Source of the DNA: the human T2T-CHM13v2.0 reference genome, Homo sapiens
DNA: 64,000 bases
NCBI RefSeq assembly: GCF_009914755.1
Contig: NC_060930.1
Direction: 5' to 3' (one strand)
How positions within the stretch are numbered: position 1 is the stretch's first letter; every line of letters starts with the position of its first letter. Both the position numbers and the translations under genes were made by a program. The notes under the pieces were generated by a model that had not been told where the DNA came from, did not search any database, and was given only the letters and a program-made list of their open reading frames with translations. This document shows, piece by piece, positions 51,981-64,000 of this stretch.

Positions 51981-54359
51981 AACTGAGTGAGGGCAAAAAG
52001 AAAGAGAAAGAAAAGCAAGTGAGGGCAAACAGTACCTGAGGATATGAAATATTTAAGGAAGGGCTAGGGACAAGATATCTCTGGTGTACCCACCGGTCCA
52101 GGCTTTTGCTATTGTACAATAGGGAAGCAAGGAAAATAAAAGAAGGTGTGAAGTAAACCTCTTGGTTTAGTGATTATCAGAGCTTGAATAGAAACAGAGT
52201 AAACTTGTCTGTAGAAAGATCAGTCAATGATGGAAATGTAAAGACACTTTTATCAGGTCCTTAAGCTCAGTATCAAACTGGAAACCAATAATTAAGTTCT
52301 AAATACTTATAATTTATTTTTTCATTTTTGTGAGTTTGGTCTAATGATCAAGCATCAGCATAATTTTGCTAAAAATAAATTTATGTTGCCTTAATATAAG
52401 AGCAACTTATTGACTGTGTCAATATAAAGGTGGAAAGTTTTAAAGCCCAGTAGAAATATTCTAAGTCCAAGAATAGCTTTGCTCATTCACTGGATAATTG
52501 TTTTTATATTAAGTGGGTGAGAGGCCAAACTGAGGCTGGACCCTGCATCTCAGGGCTGGAGCCTGGACTGTGGCTTAGGTTTCTAGAGGTATCATCAATA
52601 CCCCTTTCCTGCAGCCAGAGAGACCACAGGTCCAACAACAGGAATACCACCTACAAAGGAATCTATGGGCTCACATAGTGAGGCTGTGTAACAAGAAGGG
52701 GAGAGCAATAAATTATCTACCCATTAGAAACAGGAAGGGAGACAGTGTGTGATAGCCAAAAAGCAGAACAGAAAGAACAGCTGAGAAGGCCTGAGAACCA
52801 GGTGAATGGCCTGGAGGAAGGATGGGGGCAAGCAATGTGGATAGCTGGACTCAGGGGGGTTGACCATTTAATATTGTAAACTGCTGAAACACAAGGGCTC
52901 AGGGAACTCTGATTATTTTTGTAGGCAAGCAAATATACTGCATGAACAAAGAATAGTTCTTGTATTATTTGAATTTAAAATGTAATTCTTAGGTAACAAT
53001 ATAGGAATTCTGTGGATCTTCATGAACTAGTTTCTGTATCAAGTTTGACTACATTTTATAGGATGAGAGTATATAATTTCATTGGCATACCTTCAGGGAA
53101 AGATCTGGAAAAAAAAAAAAAAACAAAAAAAAAAAACAAAAAACCTTGCCCATTTTGTCCCAAAAAAGGCAAAAGCTCTGGGGAACCAGGATGAATCTGT
53201 TATTTCCTTTAATCCCCTAATAGTAAGGTTTTAATAGGTTCTTAGACATTGATCAGAACCATCTGAGGGTGGTAAGTGGGTCAAGGCTTAGCTCTCTGCC
53301 CCTGTTTGCTGTCTGTCCACACAATGGAGTATGTGAGTGAGTAAGCCTGTTGGAAGCTTATTTTTAGTTTCTCTAAAAGGAATTACACATGGGCATCAAA
53401 TGAACAGTTAGGCCTTTAATGCCATAAAGGATCTGTTCCACACAGATGCAAGAATGTAAGCATTGTTTGTGATCTCTAAAGAGCAATTATATCAAGCAGG
53501 AAGGTTTTTTTTTTTCCCCTTCTGTGAAGTATATCATTTCTACACTACTTGATATTTTAGTTAGTTCTTCCTACTATGATTCAGAGGTTTTCTGGTGTTT
53601 TATTTAGAAATACCAGATGTTACACTGTAAGTAACTGGGGAGGATTGTGTATGACTATTGAAGTGGAAAAAGTAAAATTCTTTTCTCAGGGAAATGAATA
53701 AACACTTGCTTAGTAAAATAAGATAATAGCAGAAAGACTTGAAAACCTTAGTAGAATGGAAATCATATCATGCAAGAGACATTGTTTATTTTGTTAGCAT
53801 ATAAAATTTCAAATAGAAATAGGCTAACTATAATGTTTCCATATCGTGTTAGACCTTTTTGGTGAGTGCAAGTGGTCTGTCTGTCCACACAATGGAGTAT
53901 CTGAGTGAGTAAGCCTGTTGATGATGAATTTTGGACAAATAAAATTGGTAGATTTGTTTCGTTTTGTTTAGAAGAATAGATCTGAAGTAAACATCAATTA
54001 TTTTATATAACTTCTAATACTGAACTCTGTAGGGATATAGTTTTTTCCTAAGTATATATTTTATTTTATTCTTTTGACTCTCTTTGACACACATATAATC
54101 CAGTTACTCCCACTATATAAATCCATGTAATGTTTTGAATCAGCAGAAAGCAGAGTAATGGAAATGTCCTTGTGCCAGAGTGCAGGGCTTTCCATTCATG
54201 TACCGCCAGGTTAAATGGAGTGCTATTTACAGGTCTAAAAATCCACAGGGAAATTCTGATTTAAGACTGACTGCAGTACTTCATAACTATCAGGTAGCAT
54301 CACTCTGGCTAGCACATTCAGTTTGATAAACGGGGTCTGAACAAGACAGAGTAATATGG

Positions 54360-54580
54360 TTACTAGAACCTGGGCTTGGAGTCAGAGACTTCAGAGTTTA
54401 CACAGGAATCTACCTTCAGTTGCTTACCAGCTGTCTGAATTTGGCTAGTTGCTTAACCTCTCCAACTCATTTTCTTAAACTGTAATAGGCTTAATAATGT
54501 GTCTCTTGAATGACTGTTGTGAGTTTGAAATAAATTAAGCTGTCTGGGGCGTATAGTCTGCTCAATAAATATTATTTCCT
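54360..54580 (+). mobile_element. MIR
   Basis: gggcttggagtcagagac...gcttaacctctc..ctcattttctt. Confidence 0.7.
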
Positions 54581-54959
54581 TATGCATTTTATATATTATT
54601 TAGCTACAAAAAATGACTGACATAAACTTTTTGTTTGTTTTAATCAAGCCTAAGGAAATAGAGCAGAAAGTTCACAAACCATTTGACAAGGATGCTGGAA
54701 ATAGCATAGAATACCACCAAAACAATGTTAATATTAGTTTGTCATCATCTTTCAGATAAGTACATATAATTCAAATTACAAAAGAAAATCATGCAAAATA
54801 ATAAATACTCATTAGAAAGTACAAAAAAATTACTACAGGCATGCCATCTTCTCACAATAACTGTGACTTGAACCCAGTTGTGTAAAACATGGTATTAAAG
54901 AAGCCAAGGCTGATTGCTGTATTGCAAATGACCTTTGTAACTTAATAGGCTCTCAGTCT

Positions 54960-55378
54960 AGAAAGACAAATAGTGCATGATCTCGCTTACATGTGGAATA
55001 TAAAAAAGTCAAAGTCATAGAGCCAGAGAGTGGAATGGTAGTTGCCAGGCAGGCAGAGATGGGGAGATGTTACCCAAAGGGTGCAAACATTCAGTTATAA
55101 GACTAACGGGTTCTAGGGATCTAACGCAGAGCATGATGGCTATAGCTAGTGATACTGTATTGCATACTTGAAATTTGCTAAGACAGTAGATACTAAGTAT
55201 TCTCACCCCCTCAGACACACACAATAATAACTATGTGTGGTGATGGAGGTGTTAATTAATTTGATTGTGGCAATCATTTCACAATGTACAGTATATGTAT
55301 AGCAAATCATGTTATACATCTTGAATATATACAATTTTTATTTGTCCATTATACCTCAATAAAGCTGGAAAAAAAATA
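54960..55378 (+). mobile_element. L1MA-type 3' end
   Basis: gaaagacaaatagtgcatgatctcgcttacatgtgg...atacctcaataaagctggaaaaa. Confidence 0.88.
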
Positions 55379-56119
55379 AGTCCTGAATCTTCAATCTCAA
55401 AATCTCAAACCTGGCCAGTGCGGCCTAAAGACGCCTAGGAAAGAATCCTTTAATTATTTGAGGTTTCCTTATTTTTTTATTCTAACATTTTGTAACCACC
55501 TTTGGTTCAGGAATTCTTCAGAAATATTGCTTAGGATATAGATTTTTGTATGTGTCAAAGCAGTAAAACATAAAGGCATATTAGTCAGAATATATGGAAA
55601 TACTTATGCCTATCAATATAGATATTAATTATATGTTTACCTCTGTTAACTAAGATAATGGCAGAGCAGAATTTTAGCTACTATTAATTAAACATAATTT
55701 GGGGTTAAGAGGATATCAGAGTGGCCTAGAGTACCACAAAAATGAGTGGAATTCAATATTCCAAATTCTACCAGTTCATATATCAAACTGCACCAAATGG
55801 GGGATGCAGGTCATCTCAAGGAAGAGCAGTCTCATGGAGCATTTTCTTGTTGCTCCTCTCCAAGGAACGTGCCCACTGATCTGTTTGTCTTTCTCAAAGT
55901 CCAGGAAAATGATTTGAATTTGAACTACCAAAGGTGGAGAACTTCATTCTTCCACAATAAAAATAATATGAACACCAGATCAAAGTTAAGAAAACCCACC
56001 CTGTCCCACTCCCTATCTCCTTGTCTGTGTGCTCCAGGCAAACAATATTAAGGGAGGAATAAATTATCCTTTAAGTAAGTCAGTCACCTGTGCCTTTGCT
56101 CTTGGTACATGTGCTCTTT

Positions 56120-56320
56120 CCATGTTCCAGAAATCCTTCTAAGAGGTTAGATGCTATCTCTTCTGATTATTCCAACAACTTTATACAAGGTAAATAGATC
56201 TTTTATTATCCCCATTTTACAGATGAATAAACTGAATTATAGGGCTAAGTCAGCTATTTAAGGCCTTATATCTGGAGGTGCTGGCTCTCTAGTTTTAGAG
56301 CCCATGTTTTTAACCACTAA
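56120..56320 (-). mobile_element. MIR
   Basis: attatccccattttacagatgaataaactga. Confidence 0.75.
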
Positions 56321-56499
56321 GTAAATAAGATATCCTAATTAGGGCTTTGAGAATAAAATTGAGTGCATACTCTAATTCTCCAACAAATGCTTGGCCTCGT
56401 TCTTCAGGTACACCAGATGTAAGGATGACTAGGGACCCATCAATACCTCTATTGGAAAGTTCAATTTAATTTATTTAACTCTATGCATAACTTTATCCT

Positions 56500-57572
56500 T
56501 GTGTTTCACAGAAAAAATGGCTTCAAAGATGGCTGAATCCTAATTCCTTGAACCTGTAAATATACTAGGCTATATGACAAAGGAGAATGAAGTTTGCAGA
56601 GAGAAGTAACGTTGCTAATCAGATGACATTAAAATATGGAGATTACCTTGGATTATGCAGGTGGATCCAATGTAATGACCTTAAAAGTGGAAGAAGTGGG
56701 ACAGAAGAGAAGGTCAGATTAATGTGAGATGAGAGGTACTCGGCCTTCTATTGCTGACTTTCAGGAAGCGGGGGTGCCGGCAATCCCCAGTGCCCCAAAG
56801 GGTGTGTTACCAACTCAGCAGGGCTTTTGCCTCATCACATGGGGTGGCTGCCCTCTGCCAGCAAGGGCAAAGGACCAGTGTGACAGTCTTTTTGTGTTCC
56901 TGCACTCAGTGCATTCCGAATTCTTGTCTGGTGTCCAGGAAGAATCAGGTCACATGAACGGTTTGCAAGGTGATGAATGCAGAGTTTTTAGTTGAGTGAT
57001 GGAAGTGGCTCTGGTGGAAGGGCGCTGGTAAGGGGATGGTGTGGGAAGAAGGTGATCTTCCCCTAAAGCCTGGACACCTCCTCTCTGAAATTGTGCCATC
57101 TGAATTTAAGCTGTGTCTATCCATAGTCTCTGACAACTCTCAGTAGTTTCTTCTCCTCTTGATATCCAGCAGCTTGTCTCTCTGCCAGCTGAGATCTGGG
57201 GTTTATATGGGCATAGGATAGCGGGGAGGACAAGCCAAAAAGCAGCATTCGGGTGGGAAAACAGGGATGTGAAGTTCTCATTTAGGGCCAGGGGCCCAGG
57301 CTTGAGGGTGGAGCCCTTGCATGGGACCCCATGCTCTTCTACCCAGTATTTCCTGGCCTCCTGAACATATCACAGCCAAGGAATGCAGGCAGCCTCTAGA
57401 AGCTAGAAAAGATAAAGAAACAGATTTCCTCTGGAGCCAACAGAAAGAATGCAGCCCTGCCACCACCTTGATTTTAGATGTCTGACCTGCATAACTGTAA
57501 GGTAGTAAATTTCTGTTGTTTTAAGACAGTAAGTTTATGATTTCACTATGACAGCAATTGAAAATTAATATG
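56500..57572 (+). mobile_element. MLT1C/D-type LTR interrupted by an ERV1 LTR
   Basis: gagattaccttggattatgcaggtgg; resumes agccaaggaatgcaggcagcctctagaagct at 57374. Confidence 0.8.
56770..57372 (-). mobile_element. ERV1 solo LTR of the LTR1/LTR27/LTR28/MER52 group
   Basis: Minus strand starts tgatatgttcaggaggccaggaaatactgggtagaagag...ccaccctcaagcctgg..ccctaaatgagaac; left boundary approximate. Confidence 0.75.
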
Positions 57573-58499
57573 ATCCTCCAAAAATAAAAATTTAAAAATA
57601 AATAAATTAACTAATTAAATAAAATACCCTGAGGTATTTTCATCAATGAGAGTTATATCATTGCTCCTCTCCAAGGAACATGCCCACTGATCTGCTTGTC
57701 TTTCTCAAAGTTCAGGAAAATGATTTGAACTACCAAAGGTGGAGAACTTCATTCTTCCACAATGAACATAATGGATGTGTGGATAATGAATAGTGATTAT
57801 GGATAGTGGATAATGAAAGCGATAGTGAAAATAATGGATGTTTTTAAACATTTACTCAGTAGGTAAGGAAATTCTTTCAGAGGCCCAATTCAAACTCCAA
57901 TGTTAGGGTGTTTTATCTTTGTCTTGCCCTCACAGCTCTGTCCTGAATGTCTGTACACCTTTTAATCAAATAGAAAGTTTTGACTGGCTATGTTAGCCCA
58001 ACATGTTACTCCAAACCAGCATGTTTGGACTGGCTATGACTTCATCTCAATTTTAACTTAATCTTAATATTTTCTTCTTATTGGTCAGCATCAGCAGAGT
58101 GTTCACCTTATTAATGCATACCTTCAAGCCATGATTCATTCCCTTGAGAATAAGAATTAATTAGGTGTAATAACTAGGGCAAATTGACTATACTCATTGA
58201 TGATATTATTCCATGGAAAATATCATGTACATCTTGTCTGTCATCATTCTGCTAAATAGCTGTGAATCAATACATTGTAGCTGTACTGAAGACAAAGGTT
58301 GTAATCAATTTATGGTCTTAGGCTATTTGCATGACTGAAATCTGAAAACTTCATGAAATCAGGGATCATTACAAATATCCCAATGCCTTGTGCCAGCCAC
58401 AGAAACTCAGTAACAGACTATTTGACAGAATGGTGTCAATTTAATCATGACATTGCAATGGACTATAGGAAGAGTCAATAAAACACTGATAGTGGAGCA

Positions 58500-58690
58500 A
58501 AAATCTGGCGTGACACCTGACATTGAAAAAGTCGGATGGAATACAACCACATCCATTTGTTCTATGTTGTCTATAGCGGCTTTCACACAGAAACTGCACA
58601 GTTGAGTCATTGTGACAAAGACTGTATATCCCACAAAGCTTAAAATATTTACAATTTGGCCTTTTAGAGAAAAAGTTTTATGACCCTTGC
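58500..58690 (+). mobile_element. MER58A-like hAT-Charlie
   Basis: gttgagtcattgtgacaaagactgtat...aaaatatttacaatttggccttttagagaaaaagttt. Confidence 0.8.
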
Positions 58691-58999
58691 AATATAAACA
58701 CAGAAATCTCAGAGATGCTGTCTTCTTCCTAAACTTTAATATTTAATTCTGATTGTGGATGAGATTAGATTCTCCAACTTTCCATGTTTAAGACTCATTC
58801 AAAAAATTCATAAATCTCAAAATATTAGAAATGCAGGATATTGACTGATGACTTGTCAATTACATGATAAATTATCTTAACTATAGAATTAATATGCTGG
58901 ATTAAGAAATGACCCTTGTTTATGCCTAAGCTTCTAGGGCAAGAAAAAAATGATCAGAAGGAGGAAGGTAGTTCCCCTCCACCTCAAGAGAAACCCTAT

Positions 59000-60825
59000 T
59001 GTCATCTACATGTCTCTGGAAAACATTTTTTGAACAAATATGCCAACTAACCAAAAGATGAACATAAGAAAAGACTCAAGAGAGGAAAGACACTATTGAA
59101 ATGCTAGGGGAATAGCACTGGCAACAGTAATATGACAATACAGTTAAATATATTAAAAACATATTAAAATATATTTAGTGAAATAATCCAAGGATAATAT
59201 TTAGGGCACATAGTTAGAAATTATTAGAAAGTAGAGAAATGAGGAAAGTAAAAGAGTTGTAAATAGCATTGATTTATAAATTGTAGTCAAAGTTGTACTA
59301 TACTTGATTTTGATAATTAGAAAAATATAGATTAAAGCTTGTTTCTCAAACACTGAAACATTTTAAATATTTATTATTAATATTTATTTAATTTAAATAT
59401 ATATTATATTTGGAAAAGATTAAAGTGGCTAACTCATAGTTAATAAGGCAAAAATCAGAAAGGAATATAGCAAGTGAATTTTAAAATTTAGTCTTCTGTA
59501 AAGATGCCCTAAAAAAGGCATTTGGCTATTATAAATGTAGGTTCTTAATGAAGTTTAAATAAATGGAGAAAAAGAAAGATTTCATATGTTTTACAAAAGA
59601 CAAATAAATAAATTAAATAGAAACATTAAAAGATTAATAAATCTAAAATATGGTTATTTTAGAAAAAGCTAGCAGTAAAATTTAAAAAGGGGGGGCAGTA
59701 TAATAAAATTAGGCAAAAAACAGAAAACAGAAGTAAAACAAAAATAGAAAGGAGAATGTGGAAGTATCAACAATAAAGAGATTTGCTAAAGTGTAAGAAA
59801 ACTATGTAATAGTTTTTGCTCGTTAATTTTGAAAAAGATGTGTGAAATAGATATTAAAAATAATTAAAAATGAGTCAATATATAGCAAAATTAAAACACA
59901 AAGGAAATAGCAGATTGACAACCATGTAAGCAACTAAAATTTTTTTTCAAAGAATTACATATAAAGATAGCTCCAGGTCCATTATGGGGCATTCTTTAAA
60001 ATTTCATATAATATGGACTCGTTCCAAAGATTCAGAACAACGTACAGCCACTACCATTTGCTTGAATTAGCTTCATAATGATACTAAAAGCTAAAAATTG
60101 CACAAAAAGAATAAAGTTAAAGACAATTATATTTGTGTGATGCAACAATTCTAGGTAAATATTTAATTAACACATTTCAATAGCTCATAGAAAGACCTAT
60201 TCACTTTAACAAGTAGAATTTATCTTAGGAATTAAAGGACGGTACGATGTTACAAAAATATTAGTTAAATACCTCATTATCAATAGGTTGGAAGTAAATA
60301 GACATATGGTAATATCAATAGATTTTTATGCCATTTTATGATTAAATTTAATACATACTGATTTTTGAATAAAACAAACTCTTAAATAAGTAGGAACAGA
60401 AAGTTCCATACTTAATATAATAAAAACTACCTTAAACTAATAGCCAGATTTGTACTTAAAATGGAGCTCAACAACTGTTTCCCAAATTGTTGGCTTTTTG
60501 TACACCAATCTTGCACATTGTTTCCTTAAATAAAGGAGGCTACATGGTCAAAATTTTGGATAAGGCAGCCTATTCTTGGTGTTATACAATTTATAGCATT
60601 TTAAAGGCTCCAAGAAGTCTACCAGTGAGGAGACCAGACTATTTTGTTTAACCATCATTTTTCAAACTAACGGAATACAGAATTCATTTTTCAACCACAT
60701 ATTAATATAAATTATATTCCACAGAAAAGGCAGTATGCATACTCATTAAAATTAAGAAAATGGCAAGGATTCTAGATTTTACCATTGTTGTCCAAAGTTG
60801 TTTTGGAAGTTCAAGCCAATATTCT
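59000..60825 (+). mobile_element. Highly decayed L1M ORF2 fragments with small DNA-element insertion
   Basis: aaagattaataaatctaaaatatggttattt, ctccaggtcc, gttttggaagttcaagccaat. Confidence 0.55.
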
Positions 60826-61079
60826 CTTCTTGCTTTTTAAAGTTAGAGAAAATGATCATAAGGCTCCTGGGGATATCTGTCAGCCAAAAGATGAAAAGAT
60901 TTGAGTCTCTGAATCATCATTTGTAGGACTGCTGCCAATTCACATTAAAAAATCTTCCCTGGGTTGGTACAACAGTGAGGAATAAAGTTCTATTTAAGTC
61001 CATACATACACACAGAGGCACAAACACACACTGGCTATTTGGTACCAGAGTTCAGCCCCCTCTAACTAATACACTGATT

Positions 61080-61975
61080 ATCAGGAAGAGCTGCTGGTTC
61101 CATTAACCTCTAAACATATCCCAAATTTGTTCAATACTTTCCATTTTCTGCTACCAGCCTTGTTGAAGTCTCTATCATCTTCTAACCGAACTGTTATAAA
61201 TACCTCCTTCTGAATTGTTACAAATACCTCCTAATGTATCTCCTTACTTCCACTCCTGCCTCCCTACAATCCATTCTCCACAGAAAAACTAAAGAGGGGT
61301 TGATATTGTCTTTTTAACAAGAAATCACATCATAACTGTTATGGCTGAATTTTGTTCCCCCGATTCATATGTTGAAGGCCTAACCATCAATACCTCAGAA
61401 TGTGACTATATCTTGGAGACAGAGCTTTTAAAGAAGGTAAAAATTAGGCCATGTGGGTGGACCCTATCTAATATGGCTGGTGTCCTTGTTAGAAGAGGAG
61501 AGTAGGACACAGGCAGGCATGGAAAGAAGACTGTGCTAAGACACCAGAAGAAGACGGCCATGTGTAAGCCAAGGAGAAAGGCCTCAGAAGAAGCAAACCC
61601 TGCCAACACCTTCATCTTAAGAACACCTCGATCTTGGACTTAAAGCCCCTGGAACTGTGAGGAAATACATTTCTGTTGTATTTTATGAGCCACCAAGTCT
61701 TTGGTGCTTTGCTATGGCAACCCTAGAAAATGAATATAATATCCTTGTCCTGTTTAAAACTCTTCAATAACTAAATAAAATCTCAATATCTGCCCTTGTT
61801 GGGGAAGCTACTGCATTATCTGGCCCTCCCGTATCTTGCTCTTCTCATCTTCTCCTACTCGGCACTTTGTTCATTCATCTTCAGCAGCACTGGCATGTTT
61901 TCCTTTCTTAAACGTATTAAGCCCCTTCCTGCCTTAGGTCATTAGCACTTGCTGTTCCTCCAGTTAAGAAAGTTG
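61080..61975 (+). mobile_element. L2 fragment interrupted by MLT1A
   Basis: tccctacaatccattctccacag; cccttcctgccttaggtcattagcacttgctgttcc. Confidence 0.7.
61337..61738 (+). mobile_element. MLT1A/B-type solo LTR
   Basis: tgttatggctgaatt...atacctcagaatgtgacta...gctatggcaaccctag; TSD ataac/atatc. Confidence 0.85.
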
Positions 61976-61979
61976 TTCC

Positions 61980-64000
61980 TGGGTAAGATGGCTGAGTAAA
62001 GGGTGCCACCAATCATCCCCTCAGCAAGGACACCAAGCTAACAACTATCTACACAGAAAAAAACCTTGATAAGAACCAAAAATCAGGTGGGCACTCATAG
62101 TACTTGGTTTTAACTTCATATCACTGAAAGACGCACTGAAGAGATAGGAAAAAACAGTCCTGAGCCACTGATGTCACCCCTCTCCTGCCCTTCAGCAGAG
62201 GTGGCATGGTGCTGGGAAACAATCTCTGGGTATTAGGGGAAGGACAGCATAGTATTTGTAAGGCATTGAACTCAGGGCTATCTTAGGAGAGTAGAAAGGA
62301 AAACCAGACCAAACTCAGCTGACGCCCACCCATAGAGGAAGCACTTAAACCAGCCCCAGCCAGAAGGGAATCTCCAATCCCAGCATTTGGAACTTAAGTG
62401 CCTACAAGCCTCACCACAACAGGCTATAGCACTCTGTGTCTCCAAGGAAACTTGAAAGACAGTCTAGGCCATAAGGACTGCATCTCTTAGGCAAGGCCCA
62501 GTGCTGAACTAGGCCCAGAGATAGTGGACTGGGAGGGCACATGACATACTGAGACACCAGCTGGGGCAGCCGAGGGAGTGCTGGCGTCACCCCTCCCCTA
62601 GCCACAGCCTGCACATCTCACAGCTCCAAAAGAGATCTTATCCTTCTGCTTTAGGAGAGGAAAGCAAAAAAGGGGGAGGTGTTTGTCTTGCTTCCTGCAT
62701 ACCTGCTCAGCCACAGCAAGATAGGGCACCAGTCACAGTTGTGAGGCCCCCATTCCAGGCCGCAGCTCCAAGGCATTTCTAGACACATCCTGGGCTAGAA
62801 GGGAACCCACTGCCTTGAAGTAAAGGTCCCATTCCTGGCAGTATTCATCACCTACTACCTGAAGATGCTACCTTGGGCCTTGAATAACCAGCAGTGATAT
62901 CCAAGTACTACATTGAGGGCCTTGGATGGGTCTCTCAGACTTGTTGGTTTCAGGTGAGACTCAGCACATTACCAGCTGTGGTGGCTATGTGGCAAAACTC
63001 TTTCTGCTTATAAAAATCAGAGGGAAAAGTAAAGGGGATTTTGACTTGCACCGTAGGTACCAGAAAGGCCACAGATGGGCAGAACACCAAGTGGGCTCTT
63101 GGACAGCATTTCTGGACCTGCCCTGGGCCAGGAGGGAACCCACTGCCCTGAAGAATGAGTTCCTGGCCAGGCAACATTCACGATAAGCTAACTTAAGAGA
63201 CATTGGAACTTTAGGGAATGTCAGCGACAGACTGGCAGTACCCCTTGTGGACTGTGGTGGCAGTGGCTATGGGGTGAGGTATCTCTGCTTTTGGAAAGTT
63301 GAGGGAAAAGTGGGAAGGACTACAACTTGCGGTTTGAGTGCCAGCTCAGCTGCAATACAATAGAATACCAGGTAGACTTCTAAGGTTTTTGACTCTAGTC
63401 CCTGACTCCCAGATAGCACTTCTGGACCCACTGGGACCTGGGGGAACTCACCGCCCTGAAGGGAAGGACACAGGCCTAGCTGGCTTTGCTACCTGCTGAT
63501 TGTAGAGCCCCAGGGACTTGAGCTAACATAGGCAGTAGTTAGGGGGTGGTTATAAAAGGTCTTGGGCAAGACCTAGCACTTTGCTGTCTTCAAGTCTGAC
63601 CCAGTGCAGTCATAGGGGTGGTGGCCACAGGGTTGCTTGTGTCACTTCACCCACAAGCTTTAGATGGCTTAAAACAGACAGTGAGACTTTGTTTGTTTGG
63701 TAGAAAGTAAGGGAAGAGAACAAGAGTCTACAACAATTCTCTGGTAATTCAGATAGTTCTCCTGGTTCTTGTCTAAGATGATAAAAGCAGTACATATATG
63801 AGTCTTCAAGAACTACAGCATTACTGAGCTTGGGGTGCCCTCTAAAGCAGATACAGCTCAGGTCACAACACCCAAGTCCTTTCAAATATCTGGAAAGCCT
63901 TCCCAAGAAGGACAAGTACAAATAAGCACAGATAGTGAATACTACAATAAATACTTAACTCTTTAATGCCCAGACACCGAAGAACATCTACTAGCATTAA
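61980..64000 (+). mobile_element. L1M/L1MA 5'UTR running off the window
   Basis: aagatggctga start; colinear with 28755-30474 and extends further. Confidence 0.85.

Noticed and set aside
53309-57763. Direct repeats as a CRISPR-like array
   Set aside because: Only two copies each, spacing of 0.57-1.8 kb, eukaryotic context, no cas genes

Overview
Primate (human-like), AT-rich, gene-poor DNA made mostly of transposable elements. I found no host exon, RNA gene or CRISPR array, and the ORFs are retroviral/L1 remnants or chance frames. The dominant structure is an ERV-L cluster. It contains a near full-length HERV-L (MLT2A1-type LTRs, 11649-18344, +) and a second HERV-L in opposite orientation (35505 down to 30475, -). 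The second one appears to have integrated into the integrase of a third ERV-L (35506-37247, longer MLT2A2/B-type LTR), which itself interrupts an older MLT2 LTR. The two facing HERV-L copies share two in-frame stops and a frameshift at homologous positions. Also present: a full THE1 MaLR, THE1/MLT1/MLT2 solo LTRs with DUX4-type motifs, L1s of several ages (one twin-primed, one internally deleted with TSDs), Alus, MIR/L2, MER DNA transposons, long (TA)n tracts and several small local duplications. Subfamily names come from recalled consensus features, not a database search. I see no evidence for a new protein-coding system; the best leads are structural, evolutionary and regulatory.
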